A stretch of 64,000 nucleotides of DNA, from contig CAVOKF010000001.1 of the NCBI GenBank assembly GCA_963696385.1, positions 4,114-68,113 on the forward strand, given 5' to 3'. The stretch is from an uncultured delta proteobacterium (GTDB lineage: Bacteria > Myxococcota_A > Polyangia > Polyangiales > Polyangiaceae). The notes below the pieces were generated by a model. It did not search any database and was not told the origin of the DNA. It saw only the letters and a list, made by a program, of their open reading frames with translations. Of this stretch, positions 18,441 through 27,758 are shown piece by piece. The translations under genes and the position numbers were made by a program. The first letter of the stretch is position 1; each line of letters opens with the position of its first letter.

Positions 18441-19583
18441 TCAAGCCAGCAGGGTACGCGCGATCACCGAACGCTGAATCTCGCTCGTCCCCTCGTAGAT
18501 CGTGGTCACGCGCGCGTCGCGCAGGTGCCGCTCGGCCGCGAACTCGCGCATGTAGCCGTAGCCGCCGTGAATCTGAACCGCTTCGTTGCAGACACGGACC
18601 GCGGCCTCGCTCGCAAAGAGCTTCGCCATCGACGCCTCGCGCGTGTAGGGCTGCCCCGCGCGCTTCAGGCACGCGGCGCGCGCCGTCAGCAGACGGGCGG
18701 CGTCGATCTGGGTGCGCATGTCGGAAATCTTGCCCCCGATGGCCTGGTGTTGGCCGATGGGCACGCCAAAGGCGCTCCGTGTTTTTGCCCACGCGATGCT
18801 CTCGTCGAGGGCCGCACCGGCGATTCCGATCGCCTGGGCCGCGATGCCGATCCGGCCGCCGTCAAGGGCCGCCATCGCGATCTTGAATCCCCCGTTCAGG
18901 TCGCCGAGCAGTGCGTCGCCGGGCACGCGGCACGCGTCGAACTGCAGGGCGACCGTATTGGATGCGCGGATGCCCATCTTGTCCTCCGCCCGGGCCACCT
19001 CGAGACCGGGCGTCGATCCCTCTACGAGAAAGCACGACAGGCCTTTCGCGCCGGTCGCCGTCGGCGCAGTGCGTGCCCAGACGAGCAGGACGCCGGCATG
19101 ACCCCCACCGGTGATCCACTGTTTGGATCCGTCGAGGATCCAATCGCCGCCGTCCGGCGTCGCCAGGGTGCGCAGTCCGGCCGGGTCGCTGCCGGCGTCC
19201 GGCTCGCTCAGCGCGAAGCTGCCGAGCCCATGCTCGCCGCTCGCGAGCTTCGGCAGGTGCCGCCTCTTTTGCGCATCGGTTCCGAAGCGAGCGATCGTCT
19301 CGCCCACCATGTTGGTCACGCTCATCATCACCGCGCACGACGCGCACGCACGCGCGATTTGCTCGACCGCGAGCGCGAACGCCACCGCGCCCGCGTCGGC
19401 CCCGCCGTACTCGTGCGGGACGTTGATGCTCATCAGCCCGATCTCCGACAGTCCGCGCAAGACGTCGCTCGGGAAGCGCTCGGTGGCATCCAGATCGCTT
19501 GCCTTTGGGGCTATCACCCGGTTTGCGAATTCGCGCGCGGTCTGTTGCACGAGCGCTTCGATCTCGCTCGGATCCATGTCCAT
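18441..19583 (-). CDS. Acyl-CoA dehydrogenase
   Basis: A 380-aa protein with ACAD signatures: GSFALSEPDAGSD, QIHGGYGYMREF and YEGTSEIQR. Confidence 0.9.
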   Translation of the reverse strand: MDMDPSEIEALVQQTAREFANRVIAPKASDLDATERFPSDVLRGLSEIGLMSINVPHEYGGADAGAVAFALAVEQIARACASCAVMMSVTNMVGETIARFGTDAQKRRHLPKLASGEHGLGSFALSEPDAGSDPAGLRTLATPDGGDWILDGSKQWITGGGHAGVLLVWARTAPTATGAKGLSCFLVEGSTPGLEVARAEDKMGIRASNTVALQFDACRVPGDALLGDLNGGFKIAMAALDGGRIGIAAQAIGIAGAALDESIAWAKTRSAFGVPIGQHQAIGGKISDMRTQIDAARLLTARAACLKRAGQPYTREASMAKLFASEAAVRVCNEAVQIHGGYGYMREFAAERHLRDARVTTIYEGTSEIQRSVIARTLLA

Positions 19584-19647
19584 GAACGACCTCCGTCGAG
19601 TCTCCGAGACGCTCCCTTGGACGGCGCTAGACCCCGCGCAGCGTGAG

Positions 19648-20352
19648 TCAGAGGCCGAAGCTGACTTTGGCCGGCCAGCCGCCGGGTGAAGGGAGGCCTT
19701 TCATCTTCTCGAGCACCCGCACCACGCAGTCGGCTTCTTCGTCGCCATCTTTTCCGCTGCCTGCAACGCCCGCTGCGAGGACCTTGCCGCCCGGTCCGAC
19801 GTACAGCGTGGCGCGCAAGGCGCCCCCTTCCGTCGTCTTGCATCGACGGATCGCATCGGCATGCCGGGCGATCGCGGCATCCACTTTGTCGGCATTCCAG
19901 TCGGTCGGCGGACGCGTCGATTGGAGCGGCAGCTCCATGCCGTAGTGCACCTCGGCCTCGCCGCCGTCTGGTTTTGGAAACCGTCCCTCCATCACCGCGT
20001 CGATCAAGCACTTCTCGGTCGCCCGATCCCCGAGATCGCTTTCCTCGAGATACGCCCATTTGGGGCTGCCCGCCTCGCTGATGCGGACGAAAATTTTTAC
20101 GTTGCCCGAAATCATTTCGACCCGATCGAGCGCGGCCTTCTGGCATTCGGTGAACGGGTCGGCGAGAGCATGGAACGCGCGCTTGACGGCGGCCGGGTCG
20201 ATGCTTCCGAGTTCACTCTTCATTTGCAGCGCGGGTTTTGGCGCGGAGGCCGTTTCGTGCGTCGGCGCCGGTTCATTCGCCGGCGGTTTGCCGCCGCACG
20301 CAACGAGCACGGTGAGCGTTGCCGCGGGCCATGAGGGCATGGGCTTGTGCAT
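19648..20352 (-). CDS. Hypothetical lipoprotein
   Basis: A signal/lipobox sequence LTVLVACGG follows the Met at 20352. The protein is Cys-containing and looks secreted. It lies between two ACAD genes. Confidence 0.55.
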   Translation of the reverse strand: MHKPMPSWPAATLTVLVACGGKPPANEPAPTHETASAPKPALQMKSELGSIDPAAVKRAFHALADPFTECQKAALDRVEMISGNVKIFVRISEAGSPKWAYLEESDLGDRATEKCLIDAVMEGRFPKPDGGEAEVHYGMELPLQSTRPPTDWNADKVDAAIARHADAIRRCKTTEGGALRATLYVGPGGKVLAAGVAGSGKDGDEEADCVVRVLEKMKGLPSPGGWPAKVSFGL

Positions 20353-20384
20353 GAGCCCCACCCTAGTGGGCCACCGGCCGCTTT

Positions 20385-21539
20385 TCACGAAGCGCTTCGC
20401 GCGTCACGTAACAAACCCGAACTAATCACGATCCGTTGGATTTCGCTCGTGCCCTCGTAAATCTCGGTGATGCGCGCGTCGCGGTAGTGCCGCTCCAGGG
20501 GAAACTCGGTCGAGTAGCCGTAGCCTCCGTGAATCTGAATGGCCTTGTGGGTGACCCGGGTCGCCATCTCGCTCGCGTAGAGCTTCGCGATCGAGCTTTC
20601 CATCGTGTGGCGAACGCCGCGGTCCTTCATCCAAGCCGCCCGCCAAGCGAGCAGACGCGCGGCCTCGATCTGGGTCGCCATGTCGGAGATCATGAACTGG
20701 ATCGCTTGGTGCTGCGCGATCGGTACACCGAAGCTCTTGCGCTCCTTGGCGTACGCCACGCTGCGTTCGAATGCCGCGCGCGCGATCCCGATGGCTTGAC
20801 AGGCGATGCCGATCCGCCCTCCGTCGAGGGTGGCCATCGCGACTTTGAACCCCTCGTGCACAGGGCCGACCACGTTGATGTCGGGCACGACACAGTGGTC
20901 GAAGAACACCGTGCACGACTGCGCCGCGTGGATGCCGAGTTTGTGGTCCGGCGGATTCTGGGTGTAGCCGGGAGTGCCCCGCTCGACGAGAAACGCCGTG
21001 TGACGGGCCCGCGCTGCCCGCTCCGAAATGGCAAAAACGAGAATCCAGTCGGCGTGGGGCCCGTTGGTGATCCAGTTCTTCGCGCCGTTGAGGACCCAGC
21101 CGCCGCTCGTCTTCTCGGCCGTCGTGACCATGGTTTGCGCGTCCGACCCGCTCATCGGCTCGGTCAGACCGAAACAGCCGATCTGAGTGCCTCGGGCGAC
21201 GGGGGCGAGCACGCGCGCCTTTTGCTCGTCCGTGCCGAACTTGCCGATCGGGTCGCAGAAGAGCGAGTTGTTGACGCTCATGATGACGCCGCAGCTCGCA
21301 CACGCGGCGCTCACCTCCTCCATCGCCAGCGCGTAGCCGAGCGCGCTCATCCCTGCGCCGCCGTGCTCGACGGGGATGGCTACGCCCATCAGGCCGAGTT
21401 TGCCCATCTGTTCGATGATTTCGGCGGGCCACCGGCCCGTCTTGTCGAGCTCGGCCGCTTTGGGCGCGATCTCGCGTGAAGCGAAGTCGCGAGTGGCCTC
21501 GCGGATGAGAACCTGATCCTCGGTGAGCGAGAACTCCAT
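20385..21539 (-). CDS. Acyl-CoA dehydrogenase (paralogue)
   Basis: From the ATG at 21539 the protein reads MEFSLTEDQVLIREATRDFA. Signatures are GCFGLTEPMSGSD, QIHGGYGYSTEF and YEGTSEIQR. Confidence 0.9.
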   Translation of the reverse strand: MEFSLTEDQVLIREATRDFASREIAPKAAELDKTGRWPAEIIEQMGKLGLMGVAIPVEHGGAGMSALGYALAMEEVSAACASCGVIMSVNNSLFCDPIGKFGTDEQKARVLAPVARGTQIGCFGLTEPMSGSDAQTMVTTAEKTSGGWVLNGAKNWITNGPHADWILVFAISERAARARHTAFLVERGTPGYTQNPPDHKLGIHAAQSCTVFFDHCVVPDINVVGPVHEGFKVAMATLDGGRIGIACQAIGIARAAFERSVAYAKERKSFGVPIAQHQAIQFMISDMATQIEAARLLAWRAAWMKDRGVRHTMESSIAKLYASEMATRVTHKAIQIHGGYGYSTEFPLERHYRDARITEIYEGTSEIQRIVISSGLLRDARSAS

Positions 21540-21627
21540 GGCTGTACCGCCAGATGGTAGCCTTATCCGCGAATTCATGCGCAAATCGGCCTTTATGACG
21601 GCGTGGGCTGCCGTTGGCGAAAGGACG

Positions 21628-23412
21628 ATGATGAGCGTGACGGCGCGTCTTCTGATCTGGGGCGCTTGGGTGAGCACGCTCTTGGCGTCGCCCCCCGCGG
21701 GCGCCCAGGCGGGCGGCTTCGCGCTCGACCGCTTCAACCCCTCCGAGCGCGGCAGCGATTGGTTCGAGCTCGACTCGCTCGACCTGCGCGACAACGTCCG
21801 CGAAGCCGTAGGCGTCGTCGGCGATTTCGCGTACCTGCCGCTGGTCATCTACAATTCCGATGGGTCGATACGAGACAAACTCGTCCAGGAGCAGGTTTTC
21901 CTGCACGTGGGCGTGAGCATGGTGTTTCTCGACCGAATCCGTCTGGCTCTCAACTTTCCTGTTGCCCTGTACGCGACCGGGCAGTCGGGCACGCTGGACG
22001 GCGTCGCGTACACCGCGCCCGGCCCGTTCGGCGTCGGCGACCTGCGCATCGGTGCCGATCTGCGGCTCGTCGGGGCGTACGGCGACCCGTTTCGACTCGC
22101 GGCGGGGGTCCAGGTCTTTGCGCCCATCGGATCGCGGAGCGATTACGCGAGCGACAGCACCACCCGTGTGCAGCCACGGCTGATGGCGGCCGGCGACGTG
22201 GGCATTTTTGCCTACGCCCTTCAAGCTGGATTTCTCTACAGCTCGCTCACCGATTCGTTCGGAGGTTCGGCGCTCGGCAGCCAACTCAATTTCGGCGCTT
22301 CGATGGGCTTGTTTGCGTTCCATCACGCCTTGCTCATCGGTCCCGAGGTGTACGGGGGCACGACCGTTTCCCAGAGCGAGCTGATCTTCAAGACGGCCAC
22401 GACCCCTCTCGAGGGCATTCTTGGAGCGCACGTGCGCGTCGCTCCCGGCTTTCACTTCGGGCTTGGCGGGGGCGCAGGACTGACGCGGGGATTCGGCTCG
22501 CCCGCCGCACGCGCCCTCGCGCTGCTCGAGTGGGCTCCCGACGTGCAGAAACCTCCGCCGGATCGCGACGGCGACGGCATCCCGGACGCCCAAGACGCGT
22601 GCCCGGACGTCCCGGGGGTCCAGACCGACGACCCCAACACCAACGGCTGCCCGCCGGATCGCGACAAGGACGGCATCCCGGACGCCCAAGACGCGTGTCC
22701 GGACGTCCCGGGGGTCCAGACCGACGACCCCAAGACCAACGGGTGCCCGCCGGATCGCGACAAGGACGGCATCCCGGACGCCCAAGACGCGTGTCCGGAC
22801 GTCCCGGGGGTCAAGACCGACGACCCCAAGACCAACGGCTGCCCGTCGGACCGCGACAAGGACGGCATCCCGGACGCCCAAGACGCGTGTCCGGACGTCC
22901 CGGGGGTCAAGACCGACGACCCCAAGACCAACGGCTGTCCGCCCAATCCCGACCGCGACAAGGACGGCATCCCGAACGCCGACGACGCGTGTCCGGACGA
23001 GCCCGGGCCGAAGAACGCGGACCCGACGAAGAACGGCTGCCCGCAGGCCGTCGTCAAAAACGATCGGATCGTGATCCTCGACCAAGTGCAGTTCAGGACC
23101 GACAGCGCCGAGATCTTGCCCGAGAGCAACTCGGTTCTCGGGTCGGTGCTCAAGATCCTCAATGAGCACACGGACATCCTGAGGGTGAGCATCGAAGGGC
23201 ACACCGACAATCGGGGAACGGCCGCTTACAACATGGGACTGAGCGCCCGGCGTGCCGCGAGCGTCGTCGAGTGGCTCGTCCAACACGGGGTGGACGCCGG
23301 CCGGCTGACGAGTATCGGTTACGGCTTGACCCGCCCGCTCGACAGCAACGAAACGGACATCGGACGGCGAAACAACAGGCGGGTCGAGTTTCATATCGTG
23401 CACCCGAACTGA
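21628..23412 (+). CDS. Outer-membrane OmpA-family protein with thrombospondin type 3 repeats
   Basis: Signal peptide, beta-rich N-terminal domain, five DRDKDGIPDAQDACPDVPG repeats, and a C-terminal OmpA_C domain (GHTDNRGTAAYNMGLSARRAASV..NRRVEF). Confidence 0.85.
   Translation: MMSVTARLLIWGAWVSTLLASPPAGAQAGGFALDRFNPSERGSDWFELDSLDLRDNVREAVGVVGDFAYLPLVIYNSDGSIRDKLVQEQVFLHVGVSMVFLDRIRLALNFPVALYATGQSGTLDGVAYTAPGPFGVGDLRIGADLRLVGAYGDPFRLAAGVQVFAPIGSRSDYASDSTTRVQPRLMAAGDVGIFAYALQAGFLYSSLTDSFGGSALGSQLNFGASMGLFAFHHALLIGPEVYGGTTVSQSELIFKTATTPLEGILGAHVRVAPGFHFGLGGGAGLTRGFGSPAARALALLEWAPDVQKPPPDRDGDGIPDAQDACPDVPGVQTDDPNTNGCPPDRDKDGIPDAQDACPDVPGVQTDDPKTNGCPPDRDKDGIPDAQDACPDVPGVKTDDPKTNGCPSDRDKDGIPDAQDACPDVPGVKTDDPKTNGCPPNPDRDKDGIPNADDACPDEPGPKNADPTKNGCPQAVVKNDRIVILDQVQFRTDSAEILPESNSVLGSVLKILNEHTDILRVSIEGHTDNRGTAAYNMGLSARRAASVVEWLVQHGVDAGRLTSIGYGLTRPLDSNETDIGRRNNRRVEFHIVHPN
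22555..22940 (+). repeat. Four near-identical 96-bp tandem coding repeats (TSP3 units), followed by a diverged fifth unit
   Basis: gacggcatcccggacgcccaagacgcgtg recurs at 22573, 22669, 22765 and 22861, a period of 96. Confidence 0.9.
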
Positions 23413-23425
23413 TTGGGAGCCGAAC

Positions 23426-24610
23426 ATGCCGATTCCCGCCGACAACCCGCGCCTGTTCGACTTTCGAATGACCCGTCCGCCGCACGAATCGCCGCAGAGC
23501 GAAGTGCTCGACTGGATCGGCCGTCTTCACGCCACCGCCGAGCGAACGCGATCGCCCGATCCCTCCGCCTTCGACGTCGACGCCTTCCTCGTCCGGCTGC
23601 GTAAGCTGCTGTACCGGTATGGCTGCTCACCGGACAAGATCGCGACACGCGGCTACGAGATCACCGACGGCAGCCACACCCGTTGGGAGGACATGCCCGT
23701 TTACGACGTCGTGCGGGACCCCGAGGGTGCGGGCACGCGCGTCCGAACCGAGCTCTACGCAACCATGGCCGCGGCGGCCGTCGACCGCCTTTACTCCGAA
23801 GACGATTCGCCCCCAGGCGACCTGGTCCACGTCACGTGTACCGGATACGCGTCGCCGAGCGCCGCCCAGCGACTCGTGGCGAAGCGCGGATGGGGCGCGC
23901 AAACGCGCGTCACGCACGCGTACCACATGGGCTGCTACGCGTCGCTTCCGGCGATTCGAATCGCCTCGGGCTTTCTCGCGAGCGCATCGACGGCCCGCGG
24001 GCCGGCGCGCGTGGACATCGTCCACAACGAGATCTGCACCCTTCACCTGCGTCCAGCCGATCACTCGCCCGAACAGTTGGTCGTTCAAAGTCTGTTCGCC
24101 GATGGGCACATTCGCTACTCGGTCGCGGGCGACGACGGCCCGAGCCAGGGTGGCGGGTCGGCTTCGCTCGAAGTGCTTTCGCTGCACGAAGTGATTCTCC
24201 CCGATTCGGCCGGGGGGATCGTTTGGATGGCGTCGGACCACGGCATGTTCATGTCGCTGTCGCGCGACGTTCCGGCGCGCATCGCCGCGGGCGCGCAAGA
24301 CTTCGTGCGGGTCCTGTTTGCTGCCGCCGGTCTCGACTTCGATCGCGAACGGACTCGGGCGGTATTTGCCATTCATCCGGGGGGGCCCAAAGTCATCGAT
24401 GTCATGCAGGCCGCCCTCGAACTGACCGCGGCCCAGGTTTCGGTGAGCCGAGATGTTCTCTTGCATCACGGAAACATGTCGTCGGCCACCCTGCCGCACA
24501 TCTGGATGAGGATCGTCCAAGCGGCCGACGTCCCTGTCGGCACGCCCATCGTCAGCCTCGCGTTTGGCCCGGGACTCACCGTGTCGGGCGGTCTCATGGT
24601 GAAACGGTGA
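23426..24610 (+). CDS. Type III polyketide synthase (chalcone/stilbene synthase family)
   Basis: A 394-aa protein with a GGGAG RBS. The active-site context is GCYASLPAI. It also has HPGGPKVID and a C-terminal GFGPGLT-like motif (AFGPGLTVSG). Confidence 0.85.
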   Translation: MPIPADNPRLFDFRMTRPPHESPQSEVLDWIGRLHATAERTRSPDPSAFDVDAFLVRLRKLLYRYGCSPDKIATRGYEITDGSHTRWEDMPVYDVVRDPEGAGTRVRTELYATMAAAAVDRLYSEDDSPPGDLVHVTCTGYASPSAAQRLVAKRGWGAQTRVTHAYHMGCYASLPAIRIASGFLASASTARGPARVDIVHNEICTLHLRPADHSPEQLVVQSLFADGHIRYSVAGDDGPSQGGGSASLEVLSLHEVILPDSAGGIVWMASDHGMFMSLSRDVPARIAAGAQDFVRVLFAAAGLDFDRERTRAVFAIHPGGPKVIDVMQAALELTAAQVSVSRDVLLHHGNMSSATLPHIWMRIVQAADVPVGTPIVSLAFGPGLTVSGGLMVKR

Positions 24611-25110
24611 TGTGGCAATGGGCGCTGCTCGCGCCGCTCTTGGCTCAGGCGAGCGCCATGGCGTTCGACGAGTTCCATTTCCACCGCCAGAGGGGCCTTG
24701 GCTCCTGGGAGCGCATCGGGCATCCCGTCGATACGCTGATGGTGCTGGCGTGCATCGCATGGGCCCTGTTCACGCGCCCCGACGTTCGCGGCGTGGGGTG
24801 TTACGTCGCACTCGCCCTGGCCTCGAGTCTTTCCATCACCAAGGACGAGTGGGTGCACGCTCGCCATTGCGGCCCGGCCGAGCATTGGCTGCATTCCGTC
24901 CTGTTTCTGCTTCACCCGATCGCGCTGGCGAGTGTCGGCGTGCTCTGGGCCGCAGGTCGTGCGTCCGTGGGCGATTTGCCCGACTGGTGGGCGAGGGCGG
25001 CGCCGGTCGCACGGTGGCTGCCCGCGGCGTTCGCGCTGACCGGCGCGTTCTGGCTGTATCAAGTCACGTATTGGATGGTTCGATGGCCGCGGGACACCCC
25101 CAACTCGTAA
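24610..25110 (+). CDS. Small His-rich integral membrane protein, translationally coupled to the PKS
   Basis: Its ATG shares one nucleotide with the PKS stop TGA (position 24610). It has about 4 TM segments and the motifs DEFHFH, GHPVD, DEWVHARH and EHWLH. Confidence 0.6.
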   Translation: MWQWALLAPLLAQASAMAFDEFHFHRQRGLGSWERIGHPVDTLMVLACIAWALFTRPDVRGVGCYVALALASSLSITKDEWVHARHCGPAEHWLHSVLFLLHPIALASVGVLWAAGRASVGDLPDWWARAAPVARWLPAAFALTGAFWLYQVTYWMVRWPRDTPNS

Positions 25111-25856
25111 ATAATGCGATCTACGCCGCGCTCGGCGAGCGTTGGTACGATGCGTACGACGATCCGGTCGCGCTGCTTCGGGCCGAGTCCACCTTTCGGA
25201 CTCCCTGGATCGCGAAGTCGATCGCTCGCGCCTTCGCCGGGCGGGCGGTTCGAGTGCTCGACCTGGGCTGTGGCGGGGGATTTCTCGCGAACGCCCTCGT
25301 GAAGCATGGCCACGACGTGACGGGGATCGACGCGTCCGAAGAAAGTCTCGCGGTGGCCTGCCGCCACGACGAGACACGCTCGGTGCGTTACGCCATGGGC
25401 GACGCGGCCCGCCTGCCTTTTCCCGACGCGAGCTTCGATGTCGTGTGCGCCATGGACTTTCTCGAGCACGTCGAGGATCCGGCTGCGGTCGTTGCCCAGG
25501 CCGCCCGTGTGCTCGGGGCAGGCGGACTGTTTTTCTTTCATACGTTCAATCGAAATTGGCTCGCCTGGCTGGTGGTGATCAAAGGCGTCGAATGGTTCGT
25601 GAAAAATACCCCACCCGATCTCCACGTGTTGCGCCTGTTCCTCAAGCCGGAAGAAGTTCGCGCCATGTGCAGCGCGCATGACTTGATCGTGGGCGAGTTG
25701 CACGGGTTCGAGCCGGTCATCGCGTCCACCGCATTCGTGCGCCTCCTGGCGACCGGCACCGTACCCAAGGACTTCGCGTTTCGGTTCACCGGCTCCACGC
25801 GCATCGCCTACACGGGGTTGGCCGCAAAGCTCGACGCAGGGCGAAACGACGGGTGA
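25083..25856 (+). CDS. Class I SAM-dependent methyltransferase (UbiG-like)
   Basis: The SAM motif VLDLGCGGGFLA is followed by FDVVCAMDFLEHV. The gene overlaps the preceding gene. Confidence 0.8.
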   Translation: MAAGHPQLVNNAIYAALGERWYDAYDDPVALLRAESTFRTPWIAKSIARAFAGRAVRVLDLGCGGGFLANALVKHGHDVTGIDASEESLAVACRHDETRSVRYAMGDAARLPFPDASFDVVCAMDFLEHVEDPAAVVAQAARVLGAGGLFFFHTFNRNWLAWLVVIKGVEWFVKNTPPDLHVLRLFLKPEEVRAMCSAHDLIVGELHGFEPVIASTAFVRLLATGTVPKDFAFRFTGSTRIAYTGLAAKLDAGRNDG

Positions 25857-25874
25857 GAGCGTGAGGCCGTCTTG

Positions 25875-27740
25875 ATGCGCGCCGCGAGGCTTGCATGCGC
25901 CGTGGTCGTCACCCTCGCGTGGGTGGGCGGGGAGACCGGATGTTCGCGGCATCGGGAGCGCGCGCAAGCCATGGCTCGGTCGATCGCGGGCGGTTCCGGG
26001 CAGGACCCGGATCGATCGACCTCCGCCGCCGAGCCCGAGTCGGTGGCCAACGACGCGGGGCGGCAGCATGCGCCTCGATCCGGGCGTCGACCGCGTCTCG
26101 TCAACCGTGTCGCGTACATCCCGCCGCAGTGTTTTACGAATACGCATGCAGCGGGCGGCGGCCTCGCGAAAAACCCCTGCTACGCGTGCCACACCCGCTC
26201 CGAAGCCCCGAACTATGCCAACGACGACGCTCTCCAGCTGAAGCTGTCGATGCCGGCTGCGGCCAGGAAGAATCCCTGGAGCAACCTGTTCGATCCGCCG
26301 ATCGCGCATGCCCAGCACTTGAGCGACGGCGAGATCCTCGCGTACGTGCGCCACGGCAACTACTTCGACGACCGGGGCAACATCGCGCTCGCGCAGACGC
26401 TCGGCGCTCTTCCAGCCGCGTGGGACGACAACGGCAACGGCAAGTGGGACGGCTATACGCCCGACGTGTGGTTTCGGTTCGACGACCATGGCTTCGACCT
26501 CCGGCCCGATGGGTCGCTCTCCGGTTGGCGCGCGTTTGCGTACTATCCGTTTCTCGGAACGTTCTTTCCGACCAACGGTTCGGCCGATGACGTCGCCATC
26601 CGGCTCGATCCCGCCTTTTGGAAAGACAAGGGCGGACGCTTCGATCGCGCGATCTACGAGCTGAACCTTGCCATCGTCGAAGCGCTCGTGCGGCGGACCG
26701 ACATCGCCATCGATCCGGTCGACGAGACCCCCCTCGGCGTCGACATCGACTTGAACGGCCGTCTCGGCTGGGCGACGCGTGTCGCGTTCGACGCCGCGGC
26801 CGACGGAAGCGGCCGAACCCGCATGCACTACGTGGGCCTCGCCCACGAGGCCGAAGGGTCGTCGGCTTTTCCGATCGCTCCCGGCTTGTTTCCCATGGGG
26901 ACCGAGTTTTTTCACACCGTCCGGTACCTCGACGTCGGCTCCGACGGCGTCGTCACGATGGGGGCGCGGATGAAGGAAGTGCGGTACGCGAAAAAGGTCC
27001 GCTGGGCCAGCTACGAGATCGCGCACGCCCACGCAGCTCGCGAGGCGCAAGAGCAAGAAGAGTCGTCGGACGGAACTCACGACATCCAGTGGGCGAACGA
27101 GCTCGGCGTCTTCACGCGAACCTGGGTGCTTCAGGGGTTCATCGAGAACCGCGATGGCTCGCTGCGCCCCCAGACCTTCGAGGAGACGGCGTTCTGCGCG
27201 GGCTGCCATTCGGGCATCGGGGCGACCACCGACGGGATGTTCGCATTCGCGCGGAAGATCGACGACGCGAGCCGTGCCCGTGGCTGGTTTCACTGGTCGC
27301 AGCACGATCTGCGGGGCATCGTCGAACCGAGGCGCGCGGACGGCGAATACGAATACACCTTTTATTTGCGGCAGGCGGGCGGTGGCGACGAGCTACGCGA
27401 AAACGCCGAGGTCACACGGCGCTTCTTCGACGATCGCGGCGCGTTGCGTCCCGCCGAAATCTCAGGCTTGCACCGCGATATCGCCACGCTGCTCCTGCCG
27501 AGCCCCGCGCGTGCGCTCGACCTCGACCGCGCCTACCGGGCGATCGTCGAGGCGCAGAGTTTCGTGAAAGGACGCGATGCCGTCCTTGCGCCTGCGCGAA
27601 ATGTCGATGTGGACGTCCCCCTCGGTCAATCGACCGGAGTGAGGCAGGCGATCGTGATGGATCGCCTCGCTCCGCAAACGGGTCGTACCGAAAGTGTAAC
27701 GGAATCGTTACCGGAAGCGGGAGCTGAGCCGCCTAGATAG
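25875..27740 (+). CDS. Lipoprotein with two CxxCH haem-c binding motifs, function unknown
   Basis: Signal/lipobox sequence WVGGETGC. The motifs CYACH and CAGCH are separated by about 370 aa. The gene starts 19 bp downstream of the methyltransferase stop. Confidence 0.65.
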   Translation: MRAARLACAVVVTLAWVGGETGCSRHRERAQAMARSIAGGSGQDPDRSTSAAEPESVANDAGRQHAPRSGRRPRLVNRVAYIPPQCFTNTHAAGGGLAKNPCYACHTRSEAPNYANDDALQLKLSMPAAARKNPWSNLFDPPIAHAQHLSDGEILAYVRHGNYFDDRGNIALAQTLGALPAAWDDNGNGKWDGYTPDVWFRFDDHGFDLRPDGSLSGWRAFAYYPFLGTFFPTNGSADDVAIRLDPAFWKDKGGRFDRAIYELNLAIVEALVRRTDIAIDPVDETPLGVDIDLNGRLGWATRVAFDAAADGSGRTRMHYVGLAHEAEGSSAFPIAPGLFPMGTEFFHTVRYLDVGSDGVVTMGARMKEVRYAKKVRWASYEIAHAHAAREAQEQEESSDGTHDIQWANELGVFTRTWVLQGFIENRDGSLRPQTFEETAFCAGCHSGIGATTDGMFAFARKIDDASRARGWFHWSQHDLRGIVEPRRADGEYEYTFYLRQAGGGDELRENAEVTRRFFDDRGALRPAEISGLHRDIATLLLPSPARALDLDRAYRAIVEAQSFVKGRDAVLAPARNVDVDVPLGQSTGVRQAIVMDRLAPQTGRTESVTESLPEAGAEPPR

Positions 27741-27758
27741 CGAAGTCGGAGGAACGCG

